A stretch of 64,000 bases of DNA, taken from positions 11,064 through 75,063 of the forward strand of contig NZ_JAUSKL010000004.1 of NCBI RefSeq assembly GCF_030646925.1. Reading direction: 5' to 3'. Made by a program: the position numbers and the translations under genes. Position 1 is the first letter of the stretch. Each line of letters starts with the position of its first letter. Origin of the DNA: Candidatus Binatus sp. Its GTDB lineage: Bacteria; Desulfobacterota; Binatia; Binatales; Binataceae. Below are positions 25,443-35,422 of this stretch, piece after piece. A model generated the notes under the pieces. That model was not told the DNA's origin and made no database searches. It saw only the letters and a program-made list of their open reading frames with translations.

Positions 25443-26681
25443 ATGACGCAGCGGGAACGACAGGGATGGATCATTGTTGCGAGCCTTTTCGTAACGCTAG
25501 TGCTGGTCTTCGGCTCGGGTTACAACACGGGCGGCCTGTTTTTCCCGCATCTGCTGAAACACTTCGGATGGAAGCGTGCGCAGTTGTCGATGCTGCAAGG
25601 CGCGGCGCTGCCACTCTCGGCGGGACTTAGCGCGCCGCTGATCGGCTGGATGCTCGATCGAGTCGAGGCGCGCATCGTGATGGTCGCGGGCACCGTGCTG
25701 ACGGCGGCTGCATTTCTGGTTGCGAGCCGGGTCGATTCATTCGGGCCGCTGTTCGGCGCCTACGTGATGCTGGGCGGGGGAATCGGCGCTGCGACGCTGC
25801 TCCCGTGCTCGCTGGTGATCGCGAACTGGTTTGGCGCGCGGCGCGGACTGGCGCTGGGTCTGACTTTCGCCGGTACGTCGCTCGGTGGCGCGCTGATGAC
25901 GATGGTCGGCAGCCGGGCGATCGCGTATGGCGGATGGCGCGCGGGTTACGTCGCGCTCGCGATCCCGATGATCGTGATCGTGATCCCGCTGATCATAATC
26001 GTGGTTCGGACGCGGCCGCCGCAGGCCGATGGTATCAGCGTTTCGCAGGCGAGCGACGCGTTGCCGGGCTTCGAACTGCGGGAGGCGTTTCGCACGCGAT
26101 CGTTCTGGACGATCGCGGCGGCGCAGTTCTTCTTTGCGGCGGTGGCGGCCGGCGCGGGACTGCATCTGATCACCTATCTCACCGAGCTTGGCTACACGCC
26201 GTCGTTCGCGGCGGGGGTGATGAGCGTCGGATTTATTTTTGCGGGCGCGGGCAAACTCGGCATGGGGATCATTGCGGATCGGATCAGCGCGCGGGTCGCG
26301 CTCTCGATCAATTTTCTGCTCGCGGGCGCGGGGATGCTGCTGATCTTCGGCGCGGGCCAAATCGTGGTGCTGGTGCCGTTCGTGCTGATCTTCGGACTCA
26401 CGCTCGGCGCGCCGCTGGTGCTGGTGCCGATGCTGGTGGCGGAGTCGCTCGGCCTGAAGCGCTTCGGGTCGATCGGCGGAATCGCGGGCGTGTTCAATAC
26501 GATTGGCGCGTTCGTGGGACCGGTGGGGGCGGGAAAAATCTACGATGTCACCGGCAGCTACGTCTTTGCTTTCGAGGCGTTCGTGGTGATGTGCGTGCTC
26601 GGCGCGATCGCAGCGTACGCTACGATGTCGTTCGAGTCGGAGCAGGAGCGGGCGGCGACGGCCGCCGCCGCGGCCGCGTGA
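25443..26681 (+). CDS. MFS transporter (OFA/monocarboxylate-like)
   Basis: About 12 TM segments; GWMLDRVEAR, NWFGARRGLALG, GIIADRISAR. Confidence 0.9.
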   Translation: MTQRERQGWIIVASLFVTLVLVFGSGYNTGGLFFPHLLKHFGWKRAQLSMLQGAALPLSAGLSAPLIGWMLDRVEARIVMVAGTVLTAAAFLVASRVDSFGPLFGAYVMLGGGIGAATLLPCSLVIANWFGARRGLALGLTFAGTSLGGALMTMVGSRAIAYGGWRAGYVALAIPMIVIVIPLIIIVVRTRPPQADGISVSQASDALPGFELREAFRTRSFWTIAAAQFFFAAVAAGAGLHLITYLTELGYTPSFAAGVMSVGFIFAGAGKLGMGIIADRISARVALSINFLLAGAGMLLIFGAGQIVVLVPFVLIFGLTLGAPLVLVPMLVAESLGLKRFGSIGGIAGVFNTIGAFVGPVGAGKIYDVTGSYVFAFEAFVVMCVLGAIAAYATMSFESEQERAATAAAAAA

Positions 26682-26775
26682 TGCGGGCCAGGTGCGCCAT
26701 CGAGAGAAGCATCGACGCGCCTATCAAGACTTGCTCAATTTTGATTCGGGCTGGCCGCATGATTACGAATCGCGA

Positions 26776-26791
26776 AGGCACAACTCTTGCG
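26776..26791 (+). promoter_or_regulatory. Candidate sigma54 (-24/-12) promoter upstream of the ArnT-like GT
   Basis: AGGCAC-AACTC-TTGCG; GG (26777) to GC (26789) at the exact 12-nt offset; about 75 nt before the ATG. Confidence 0.5.
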
Positions 26792-26866
26792 CTTCTCCGC
26801 CATCGTGCAAATCAGACCTGAGAAGCATCGAAAGAAGCGGCTATCGATCGAGGTCGCAGCAAGATC

Positions 26867-28435
26867 ATGACTGCGGCAGGTGCAGGCGCGAGCCTTCAGG
26901 TCCGCAGCGAAACGAGTGCGTCGCGGCCGGGCTGGCGGCTTGTCGTCGGCTTCGCGGGCGCAACGATCCTGATTCACTTCCTTACCAACGGTGGATACGG
27001 ATACTTCCGCGACGAGCTTTACTTCATCGCTTGCGGTGAGCATCTGGCGGCGGGCTACGTCGATTTGCCGCCGATGGTCGCGCTGATCGCGAAGCTGAGC
27101 CGCGCGACGATGGGCGATTCGCTGTTCGCGATCCGATTTTCCCCCGCCCTGGCAGGCGGCGCGACCGTCGCGATCGCGGGACTCCTCGCGTGGGAACTCG
27201 GCGGTGGATTCTTCGCGCAGGCGCTCGCGATGCTGGCGGCGTTGACCGTGCCGGTTTATCTCGCATTGGGGAACATGCTCACGATGAATGCGTTCGATCC
27301 GATCTTCTGGATGGGATGCGCGTGGGCGCTGATCAGAATGATCAAGAGCGGCGACTTGCGCTGGTGGTTGGTTTTTGGATTGTCGGCGGGACTCGGGCTG
27401 GAGAACAAGGAATCGATCGTGTTCTTAGGCGCTGCGTTGTTGATTGGGCTAGCGCTGACGCCGCAGCGCAGGCTTCTAACTACCAGGTGGCTATGGCCGG
27501 GCGGGATGGTTGCGCTCGCGATCGCGCTGCCGACGGTGATCTGGCAACTGGCGCATCAGATGCCGATGTACGAGGAATTGAGCAACGTCAAGGGCGGCTC
27601 GAAGAATACTCCGCTCACGCTCTTCAGTTTCTTCGGCGGCCAGATGCTGCTGATGTCGCCGCTCACGCTGCCGATCTGGCTGAGTGGACTTTACTTTTTC
27701 CTGCTAAGTGAGCGGGGGCGCGAGTTGCGCGCGATCGGATGGGCATACGTTGTAGTCTACGGCGCGTTTGTGGTGCTGAAGGGTAAGGTTTACTACATCG
27801 CGCCGTTTTATCCCGTTTTGCTTGCGCCAGGCGCGGTGCAACTGGAGAGCGTGAGTTATGCTTTCTGGCGGCCTGCGGTCCGCTATGCGCTGCCATCGAT
27901 CGTTGCGATCGGCGGAATAGTATTCGCGCCGATGACACTGCCGATACTACCGGTCGAGACCTTCATCAGGTATCAGCGGGCGCTGGGCTTTGCGCAGGTG
28001 AGGACTGAAACGCGCGAGCTGGCCGACTTGCCGCAGACGTTTGCCGACATGTTCGGCTGGCCCGAGATGGTAGCCACGATCGCCAGGGTTTACTGGAGCC
28101 TGCCGCCCGAGGAGCGCAAGGAAGCAGCCATCTATGCGAGGAACTATGGCGAGGCCGCGGCGATCGATTTCTTCGGACCGCGCTATGGTTTGCCGAAGTC
28201 GATCAGCGGTCACATGGCCTACTACCTGTGGGGGCCTGGCGATAGTTCAGGCAAGGTGCTGATAACCGTCGGATCGCGGGAAGAAGGACTAAAGCGTGCC
28301 TACGCCAAAGTCGAGAAGGTGGCGATGGTAGGTACTCGCTACTCGATGCCTGACGAGCATGTGCCGGTCTTTCTGTGCCGCGAATCTACGTTGCCTATTC
28401 AGCAGATGTGGCCGCTCACTAAGGTGTATCAATAG
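26867..28435 (+). CDS. Glycosyltransferase family 39/ArnT-like membrane protein
   Basis: GYGYFRDELYFIACGEHLAAGYVDLPP, TMNAFDPIFW, GLENK, YGEAAAIDFFG..LP..ISGH. Confidence 0.85.
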   Translation: MTAAGAGASLQVRSETSASRPGWRLVVGFAGATILIHFLTNGGYGYFRDELYFIACGEHLAAGYVDLPPMVALIAKLSRATMGDSLFAIRFSPALAGGATVAIAGLLAWELGGGFFAQALAMLAALTVPVYLALGNMLTMNAFDPIFWMGCAWALIRMIKSGDLRWWLVFGLSAGLGLENKESIVFLGAALLIGLALTPQRRLLTTRWLWPGGMVALAIALPTVIWQLAHQMPMYEELSNVKGGSKNTPLTLFSFFGGQMLLMSPLTLPIWLSGLYFFLLSERGRELRAIGWAYVVVYGAFVVLKGKVYYIAPFYPVLLAPGAVQLESVSYAFWRPAVRYALPSIVAIGGIVFAPMTLPILPVETFIRYQRALGFAQVRTETRELADLPQTFADMFGWPEMVATIARVYWSLPPEERKEAAIYARNYGEAAAIDFFGPRYGLPKSISGHMAYYLWGPGDSSGKVLITVGSREEGLKRAYAKVEKVAMVGTRYSMPDEHVPVFLCRESTLPIQQMWPLTKVYQ

Positions 28436-28510
28436 CGCCATTACTGCCTGGTGCTAACCGTTCAGACTGATTCGCCCCGTTTTTGTCCTGAACTGTTCAG
28501 CCTTATATCG

Positions 28511-28534
28511 CACAATTCTAGCTGTCAGATTGTG
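28511..28534. promoter_or_regulatory. Inverted repeat CACAAT-N12-ATTGTG upstream of the tailspike-like gene
   Basis: Perfect 6-bp arms at 28511-28516 and 28529-28534 in an AT-richer intergenic region. Confidence 0.3.
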
Positions 28535-28643
28535 AAATCGCGCTCGATCCTCATCTCGGGCCGTGTCGCAACGTTTGTCCTGCCGGAACGGACCGTCCTT
28601 GTTCGGGAGAACTACGACAAAAGTTCAGACAGGTACCTAGCTG

Positions 28644-31600
28644 ATGGCATCGAAATTTTGCGGCGGACCAGGTTTCAAGGTAGCGGCGGCTTTGCTCGCC
28701 GCAGTCGCGTTGACTATAGCGCTGGCGGAAGCCCAAAGCTTACCGCCGCCAGGGGCTTATCGACCGATTCCAAACTTTACGGGCGTAGGCGCCGGGTTGT
28801 TGTTTCGCACGGCCATCAACGACCGCTTTTCGGGCGTCGAGCCAATCGCGCCGACCCTGATCAGTATCGCGTTCGCGGATCTTCCCCAGGAAGAAGATGG
28901 CGGGGAGTTTTATTGCCATGATTGCCAGGCTACGACTCCTTGCACCGGCGGCGGCGCAGGCGCATGGGTCTTCGGCGAGCGCGGCGTGTGGAACTGCGTC
29001 GCGGGCTCGTTCGATGAGACCACGGGCGGCGATCTAAGCGGGCCATTCAGCAATGCAACCGTCAATACGGTACAGGCAGGTAAGACCCCGGTTACATCGA
29101 GCTATCGAGGAGCTCTTAGCTTGACCGGGAACTCCGGCGACGGCAGCGATCAGATTTCGGGCGTGAGTGTCAACGGCGCGATCAATCCGCGCGCCTTTGG
29201 CGCCGTGGGTCTTACGACGGCGAGCGCCTGTTCAACCGTGGCCAACTCGAACCTCGTCACGATCTCGCCGGCTGGCGATTTCCAAAACGGACAGGCCGTG
29301 ATGTGCGCGCACGCGGGAGCCGCGAACACGGCGACCGCGCCTTCGGCGCTAACGGTGCTTGCGACGGATGTGAGCGGTGCTGGCGCGACGACCTGGACTT
29401 ATAACATCTGTACCTTCGACGCGGTCACCGGCCAGATGAGCGGGTGCGTGACTCAGACCGCGACCAACGCGGCGACCCTCAATTCCGCGCTGAGCGGTGA
29501 AAACAATCTGCTGCATTGGACGAAAGGAACGGGCGGCACCGCGACGGTCATCTACAATCAAACCGGCGTGATTGGGTTGATCCCACTTGGCGTCACTTCG
29601 TTTCGCGACGTCGGCCAGGGAATCGAATCCTTCAATGAGATACCAGCAACGCCTCCAACGGGCCCGCTCAATCAACGTCTTTCGACGACAATAACCAGCG
29701 GAGAAGGAACCACGTCCTTACTGCTGGCAACTGCTGCGACAGCCGGGATCAGCGGACAGTATTTCAGCCACGACGACACTGCCGCGATCCAGTCGGCGTT
29801 CGCGGCGGCACAGAGTAACCAGACGACGCTGCGTTTTCCGACCGGCAAGTACAACTATTTCGGCGCCGGGCTGAGCGGGGCCTCGCAGAAGTTTCTCTCA
29901 ATCGAGGGGGAACCGCCGCTGAAGTCGATCTCGAGCGACCCTGCCAGCCAGTCCGCCATCTACCTCGCGGCGGGCGGCTATTTTATCGACAATTCGGCTG
30001 CAATTGTACAGGTCCAGTTGCGCAACATGACCTTTGTGGGCGGCCTCGGGGCGTTCCGCTCGACCTCGACTGGAGCGGTCGGCGTTGGGGAAAGGAAATT
30101 CTACAACAATGCCTTTCTGGACTTCACGGGCTGCGCGGTCTGCTGGAACGAAGCCGATTCTCCGTACCACTACGTCGAGAACAACAATTTTCGCGGCCTC
30201 GATTCGAACGCGACAATCGGCTACGGCTACGCCGGCAACAACGATTCGAGTCATTTCGTAAATAATACTCTCAACCGGGTGCGAATCGGCATAGCGGACG
30301 CGGGGAAGGGACTCGGACGGAATTACGTCAACAGCAATTTCATCCGCAGTTCAACCGCGCCTTTTTCGCGCGCGGACATTTGGTTTTCCAACACCGGTAT
30401 ATCCTCGGCTGCAACAGTGACCCGGGAGCGATTCGCCAACGAAAATATCAAGGCGGGCGATTATCACGTGCTGGTTGCGGATGCCGATTCTGCGACCCTG
30501 GTCGGCGATCAATTTCCCCTCGCTCCGCACGCGAATTACGGCGCCGGCGAAATAATCCTTGACGGCGCGATCACCAGCGGAGGGGCGGCGCTGACGTCGA
30601 ACACGGCGCATTTCCTGACTTCGGCCCATATCAGTGACTGGGTGCGGATAAAGGGCGCTGGCACGCAGGGCACCTGCGTGTGCGAACTGGTAGGACAGAT
30701 CAATTCAATCGACAGCGATGTGCAGGTCACGCTCGATAGCTCGACCCCGAATGCGAGCGCCACGGTTAGCAGTGCGATGGTGTTTTTCGGGACGGCATCA
30801 AGCAAGGAATTTCAACAGATTGCGGTGACTGATAGTTGGATCGCGGAAGGAGCAGTAACCCCGCAAACGTCCCTTGTTTACACCACCGCGCGAACGATGA
30901 TGGGCTGGTCCATCACAGGCAACACGCTTTACACTCCGAGCATCAACGGCCCGCTTCTCCAGTACCTCCCGCTGTCGGCGACCAACGCCCGCTCCAACCT
31001 CAATCTGATAGCAAACAACAACGGAGCCTCGATGGGGGCCAGTACCGACCCGTCGCAGGGAATGTACGCCTCTAACAACATATCGCCGGTTATGCTGGTC
31101 GATCCGCTGATTCAGATGACGACATGGAATCAGCCGCCGCCTTATCAAACGACGACTAACAATGCGGGCGCAATCGACTACCTGCCCGGCACAACCATCA
31201 ATTCATTTTCGCTCTCGACGGGCGTAACCAGGTCGGCGATTACGGACCGCTCCGGCGGCTCAGACGCCGCGGAAGTGAATTTCACCTCAAGCACCAACCC
31301 GGTGACTCTCATATTCAAGACGTTCACGCCGTCGGTTCTCGGGCTGTCGTGGGTTACTTTCGACTTCAAGAAGGCGAGCAGCTCAGCGCTGACGCATTTC
31401 TTCGTGTCAGTAGCGAAGAGCTCCAGTCCCGGCTGCTGCGCCGGTGGTGTGATCGCGAGCCGGCAAATCGACATTCCCGAGACTGGCGAATGGTACACGC
31501 TATCTATCCCGTTCGTTCCAACCGATACGACCACTTCGATCAACCTGTCGTTTCAAGCTGTAGGCGTCGATCCGAGCATCGAGACCGGCAGCATCGATAT

Positions 31601-31826
31601 TGGACGCGTGCATGTGTATCAACACGAAACGCCAGTTGACCTGAGCATCCTTCAAACCAGCGCGGCGGGAATCGAATATGGCCTTCCCAGCGTCGCGATG
31701 GGAGGAGGAGCCGCGCCGACGCTGGGCACGATCGGGGGGGGCGGTCCGGCGACGGCGGGCCAGAACTCGTGGCTGAAGCTATTCGATTCGACCGGCGCTG
31801 CGATCTACGTCCCGATCTGGAAGTAG
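28644..31826 (+). CDS. Secreted 1060-aa tailspike/pectate-lyase-like beta-helix protein
   Basis: Signal peptide ending AEA; Cys motif YCHDCQATTPCTGGGAGAW; DDTAAIQSAFAAA..TLRFPTGKY (beta-helix cap); Asn/Ser/Thr-rich coils; fibre-like C-terminus. Confidence 0.6.
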   Translation: MASKFCGGPGFKVAAALLAAVALTIALAEAQSLPPPGAYRPIPNFTGVGAGLLFRTAINDRFSGVEPIAPTLISIAFADLPQEEDGGEFYCHDCQATTPCTGGGAGAWVFGERGVWNCVAGSFDETTGGDLSGPFSNATVNTVQAGKTPVTSSYRGALSLTGNSGDGSDQISGVSVNGAINPRAFGAVGLTTASACSTVANSNLVTISPAGDFQNGQAVMCAHAGAANTATAPSALTVLATDVSGAGATTWTYNICTFDAVTGQMSGCVTQTATNAATLNSALSGENNLLHWTKGTGGTATVIYNQTGVIGLIPLGVTSFRDVGQGIESFNEIPATPPTGPLNQRLSTTITSGEGTTSLLLATAATAGISGQYFSHDDTAAIQSAFAAAQSNQTTLRFPTGKYNYFGAGLSGASQKFLSIEGEPPLKSISSDPASQSAIYLAAGGYFIDNSAAIVQVQLRNMTFVGGLGAFRSTSTGAVGVGERKFYNNAFLDFTGCAVCWNEADSPYHYVENNNFRGLDSNATIGYGYAGNNDSSHFVNNTLNRVRIGIADAGKGLGRNYVNSNFIRSSTAPFSRADIWFSNTGISSAATVTRERFANENIKAGDYHVLVADADSATLVGDQFPLAPHANYGAGEIILDGAITSGGAALTSNTAHFLTSAHISDWVRIKGAGTQGTCVCELVGQINSIDSDVQVTLDSSTPNASATVSSAMVFFGTASSKEFQQIAVTDSWIAEGAVTPQTSLVYTTARTMMGWSITGNTLYTPSINGPLLQYLPLSATNARSNLNLIANNNGASMGASTDPSQGMYASNNISPVMLVDPLIQMTTWNQPPPYQTTTNNAGAIDYLPGTTINSFSLSTGVTRSAITDRSGGSDAAEVNFTSSTNPVTLIFKTFTPSVLGLSWVTFDFKKASSSALTHFFVSVAKSSSPGCCAGGVIASRQIDIPETGEWYTLSIPFVPTDTTTSINLSFQAVGVDPSIETGSIDIGRVHVYQHETPVDLSILQTSAAGIEYGLPSVAMGGGAAPTLGTIGGGGPATAGQNSWLKLFDSTGAAIYVPIWK

Positions 31827-31875
31827 CCGGCGCGCCCGATTACGTGAGCGTCGTGGATTGAGGGCGCATCTTATC

Positions 31876-32502
31876 TCAGCCGGGCCGCGGCGGCTTGAGC
31901 GCGAGGATCGAGCGGACCTTGGCTGCGATGTCGGATGCGTTCAGAACGTCGGTGATGATCGCGGCGGCATCCGCGCCTGCCGAGAGGACCTCGGGTATCG
32001 ACGCCTCGGTGATCCCGCCGATCGCGACGATCGGCAGGCGCACCGCGGCGCGTACGGCGCGCAAATTAGCGAGTCCCTGGCCCGCGACATTCTGCTTCAA
32101 TCCACCGGGGTACATCGGGCCGAATCCGATGTAGTCCGCGCCACCGCGCTCGGCGGCGAGAGCCTGCTCGACGGTGTGGGTGGAAATGCCGATGAGCAAT
32201 TCGCGGCCGACCAACAGACGCGCAGCTTCCAGCGGAAGATCGGTCTGGCCGAGGTGGACGCCATGCGCCTCGGCGAGCATCGCGATATCGACGCGGTCAT
32301 TCACGATCAGAATCGCGCTGCGCTGGCGGCATCGCGATGCGATCGCGCGGGCGGCGGCGAGCAGCTCGCGCGCCGGCGTATCCTTCATCCGGAGCTGCAT
32401 GACGCGCGCGCCGGCGTCGAGGTACGTGTCGGCCAGCGCGACGGGGTCGTGCCCGTTCGCCGAATCGACCATCGCGTAAAAATGCGAGGGGATAAGAGTC
32501 AT
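31876..32502 (-). CDS. thiE: Thiamine-phosphate synthase (start ATG 32502 overlaps the ntrC stop)
   Basis: VMQLRMKD, LIVNDRVDIA, GVHLGQTDLP, GISTH, ADYIGFGPMY, PIVAIGGI. Confidence 0.94.
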   Translation of the reverse strand: MTLIPSHFYAMVDSANGHDPVALADTYLDAGARVMQLRMKDTPARELLAAARAIASRCRQRSAILIVNDRVDIAMLAEAHGVHLGQTDLPLEAARLLVGRELLIGISTHTVEQALAAERGGADYIGFGPMYPGGLKQNVAGQGLANLRAVRAAVRLPIVAIGGITEASIPEVLSAGADAAAIITDVLNASDIAAKVRSILALKPPRPG

Positions 32503-34001
32503 TCGGCAGGATACTTGGTGAGGATGATTTTGTGGTCGGTGATTTTTTTGCGCAGCGTGTTGCGATTGAGCCCGAGCATCCGGGCGGCGCGCACCTGGTT
32601 GCCGCCGGAGCGTTTGAGGGCGAGTTCGACCAGCGGACGTTCGATTTCGGCGACGAGGCGATGATAGAGGTCGCGCGGTTCTTCGCCGCCGGGCGCGTCG
32701 AACCAGGTTGCGATGCGCCCCGAGATGATTTCGGAAAGCGTTCCGCTGTCGGACGCCGAGGAATTGGAGGCTGCGGCTGCTCCCGGGCGCGTGAGCTCGA
32801 TATCTTCGCCGCGAATCGTGCTGCCGGGAGCGAGCAGCGCCGCGCGCATCACGTTGTTCTCGAGTTCGCGCACGTTGCCGGGCCAATTGTAGGAGGCGAG
32901 CTTGGCGCGCGCTTCGGGGCTGATGGTGGTGGCGCGCGCGCCCATCTCCTGCGAGGCCTTGCCGACAAAGTAATCCGTGAGCTCGGCGATATCTTCGCGG
33001 CGTTCGCGCAGCGCGGGCATCTGGATCGGAATCACACGCAGCCGGAAGTAGAGATCCTCGCGGAACTTGCGCGCGGCGACCAGGGTCTCGAGGTCCTGAT
33101 TGGTCGCGGCGATCACGCGCGCCTTGAGTTTGAGCGTTTCGACGCTGCCGACGCGATTGAATTCGCGCTCTTGCAGCACGCGGAGCAGCTTCGGCTGCAA
33201 CTCGATCGGCAGGTCGCCGATTTCGTCGAGGAAGATGGTGCCCTGGTCGGCCATCTCGAATTTGCCGGCGCGGCGTTCGGTCGCGCCGGTGAACGAACCG
33301 CGCTCGTGGCCGAACAGTTCGCTTTCGAGCAGGCCCTGCGGAATCGCGGAGCAATTGACCGCGACGAACGGCGAGCGCCATCGCGCCGATTTGAAGTGAA
33401 TCGCGCGCGCGACCAGTTCCTTGCCGGTGCCGCTCTCGCCGCTCAGCAGAACTGTCGCGTCGTTGGTGACGACGCGGCCGATCAGCTTATAGACTTCCTG
33501 CATCGCAGGACTGCGGCCGATGATCTCGCCGCCGACGAGTTGGCGATTGACTTCGTCTTTGAGGCGATCGAGGTCGGCGGCTTGCGAAGCGACCTCGACC
33601 GCGCGCTTGACCGCGGCGGCCACCAGATCGAGGTTGGCGAACGGCTTGGTGAGGTAGTCGTGCGCGCCCCGCTTCATCGCTTCGACGGCGTTGTTCATCG
33701 TGCTGGCGGCGGTGATCACGATGATCAAACTGCGCAGCGCTTCGGCGTGCGCAGTCGAGAGCACCTCGAGGCCGCCGCTGCCGGGCATAATGATATCGAG
33801 CAGGGCGACGTCGAAGCGGTTGGTGCGGAGTGCAGCCAGCGCGGCGCCGCTATCGATCGCTTCCTCGACGCGATAGCCGTCGGCCTCGAGGCGATGACGC
33901 AGGACGAGGCGGATGGCCGGATCGTCGTCGGCGATCAGGACGGCGGCGGAGTTGCCGGAATCTTTGAGTCGTTCGACGAAGTTAGGGTCCGTTACACCCA
34001 T
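32499..34001 (-). CDS. ntrC: Sigma54-dependent response regulator NtrC
   Basis: Receiver ADDD..DIIMP..KPF; AAA+ GESGTGKE, ESELFGHERGSFTGA, FREDLYFRL, WPGNVRELEN; HTH GGNQVRAARMLGLNRNTLRKKI. Confidence 0.88.
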   Translation of the reverse strand: MGVTDPNFVERLKDSGNSAAVLIADDDPAIRLVLRHRLEADGYRVEEAIDSGAALAALRTNRFDVALLDIIMPGSGGLEVLSTAHAEALRSLIIVITAASTMNNAVEAMKRGAHDYLTKPFANLDLVAAAVKRAVEVASQAADLDRLKDEVNRQLVGGEIIGRSPAMQEVYKLIGRVVTNDATVLLSGESGTGKELVARAIHFKSARWRSPFVAVNCSAIPQGLLESELFGHERGSFTGATERRAGKFEMADQGTIFLDEIGDLPIELQPKLLRVLQEREFNRVGSVETLKLKARVIAATNQDLETLVAARKFREDLYFRLRVIPIQMPALRERREDIAELTDYFVGKASQEMGARATTISPEARAKLASYNWPGNVRELENNVMRAALLAPGSTIRGEDIELTRPGAAAASNSSASDSGTLSEIISGRIATWFDAPGGEEPRDLYHRLVAEIERPLVELALKRSGGNQVRAARMLGLNRNTLRKKITDHKIILTKYPAE

Positions 34002-34077
34002 GTTAGAGCTCACGGAGAGACATCGTAACAAGAAGTGCAATCTTGTCGCGAACGGCGGAGAGCATCTTTTTTGGAAC

Positions 34078-35175
34078 TCAACTGTTCGACGAAAGCGAAA
34101 TCGGCAGGATCGCCTTGAAGGTCATCCCGTCGCTCGATGCGGCGTTGCCCTTGGCGCGATCGACGACGCCGCGTTGCGCCCACAATCTACCGCCGTGAAG
34201 CGCGATAATCCGCTGGCAGAGCACGAGTCCGAGGCCGGTCCCGGCGGGCTTGGTGGTGAAGAAGGGAGTGAAAAGCTGGGACAGTTGCTCTTCGGAGATG
34301 CCGGCGCCGCTATCGCTCACCTCGACGCCGAGGAACTGGCGGCGACGGCCCTCGGCAGCCATCCGGAATTCGGTTTCGATGCGTGTATGGAGCCGGATCG
34401 TGCCGGAGGAACCGATCGCCTCGGCGGCATTCTTGATCAGATTGAGGAAGGCGCGCACCAGCGCGCCCTCGTCGCCGACCACCGCGGGCAGACTCGGGTC
34501 GAAGTCCTGAATCAGCACGACACCCTCGGGCGGCTGGGGAAACAGGCCGGCCAGCCGCAGCGCCTGATGCAATACCTGGTGGATGTTCACGTCGTCCTGG
34601 GCCAGCGGTTGCGGTCCGCTGACGGCGAGCACCTGTTCGACCAGCGACGCGATGCGATTGACGCCGTCGAGGATGACGCCGCAATACTGCTGGCCCCTTT
34701 CGTCGCGCGGGAACATCCCGGCCAGCAACTCAGCGGCGCCCTTGATGCCGGTGAGCGGGTTTTTGACCTCGTGCGCGAGTCCGGCGGGCGATAGCCGCAG
34801 GTTGAGGTCACCGGTGGTCGCGGCGCTGGCGGCGCCTTTCTCATGCGACAGGTCGTGCAAAAGGACGATTGCGCCGGTGGTCAGGCCCGCTTCGTCGCGA
34901 AGCGGGGAGACTTCGGCGCGGACCGAAAGCTTGCGCGGGGCCATCGCCAGGATCGATTCGGGATCGCCGAGGTCCTGACCGCTGGCGAGGCACAACGCGA
35001 CCATCCGAGCCAGCCACTCATTCTGCCGGATGAGCTCGCCGACGGTCGCTTCGCCGACCGGTGATGCGCCGAGCATCGTCTCGGCGGCCGGGTTGGCGAA
35101 TTGCGGGCTCATCTGGGGCGAGAGCACGACGATCGCGTCGGTCAGGTTATCGACGATGTCGCGCCAGAGATTCAT
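34078..35175 (-). CDS. ntrB: PAS-containing sensor histidine kinase NtrB
   Basis: PAS ANPAAETML; AGLAHEVKNPLTGIKGAAELL; NLIKNAAEA, DSGAGI, PFFTTKPAGTGLGL. Confidence 0.85.
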   Translation of the reverse strand: MNLWRDIVDNLTDAIVVLSPQMSPQFANPAAETMLGASPVGEATVGELIRQNEWLARMVALCLASGQDLGDPESILAMAPRKLSVRAEVSPLRDEAGLTTGAIVLLHDLSHEKGAASAATTGDLNLRLSPAGLAHEVKNPLTGIKGAAELLAGMFPRDERGQQYCGVILDGVNRIASLVEQVLAVSGPQPLAQDDVNIHQVLHQALRLAGLFPQPPEGVVLIQDFDPSLPAVVGDEGALVRAFLNLIKNAAEAIGSSGTIRLHTRIETEFRMAAEGRRRQFLGVEVSDSGAGISEEQLSQLFTPFFTTKPAGTGLGLVLCQRIIALHGGRLWAQRGVVDRAKGNAASSDGMTFKAILPISLSSNS

Positions 35176-35422
35176 TTTGAGATGGTACTTGGAGAGCCGA
35201 CCGGGGCGATCGTGTCGCCTGGATGAAGATAACACAAAGGTGAGTTGAGGCTAAAGGAAGGATCGAAAAATCGAGCGTTCGATTCCGCAATCGCGCTGAG
35301 TTTTACAAGAATTATTCAAACTCGTTCAATGGATGCATTAGATTTTTTAATGGCTTATCCACCCGCGAAGGGTTGATCCTCCTCGCCTCGGTGGGTAGCG
35401 TTGGCAAGGTTTTGCGGGGAGT

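Noticed and set aside
26704-26831. 12-bp direct repeat GAGAAGCATCGA flanking 104 bp
   Set aside because: A single short repeat with no cargo or transposase inside, so it is insufficient evidence for a target-site duplication.
28644-31826. Prophage remnant around the tailspike-like gene
   Set aside because: No integrase, terminase, capsid, other tail genes or att-like repeats flank it, and the neighbours are host genes.
35277-35290. GTTCGATTCC (tRNA T-arm-like) string
   Set aside because: No cloverleaf, D-arm or acceptor stem can be built around it. No tRNA or rRNA was found in the window.
35402-35415. Sigma54-like TGGCAAGGTTTTGC before the lytic transglycosylase
   Set aside because: The GG-to-GC offset is 11 rather than 12, and the predicted start site would fall inside the coding sequence.
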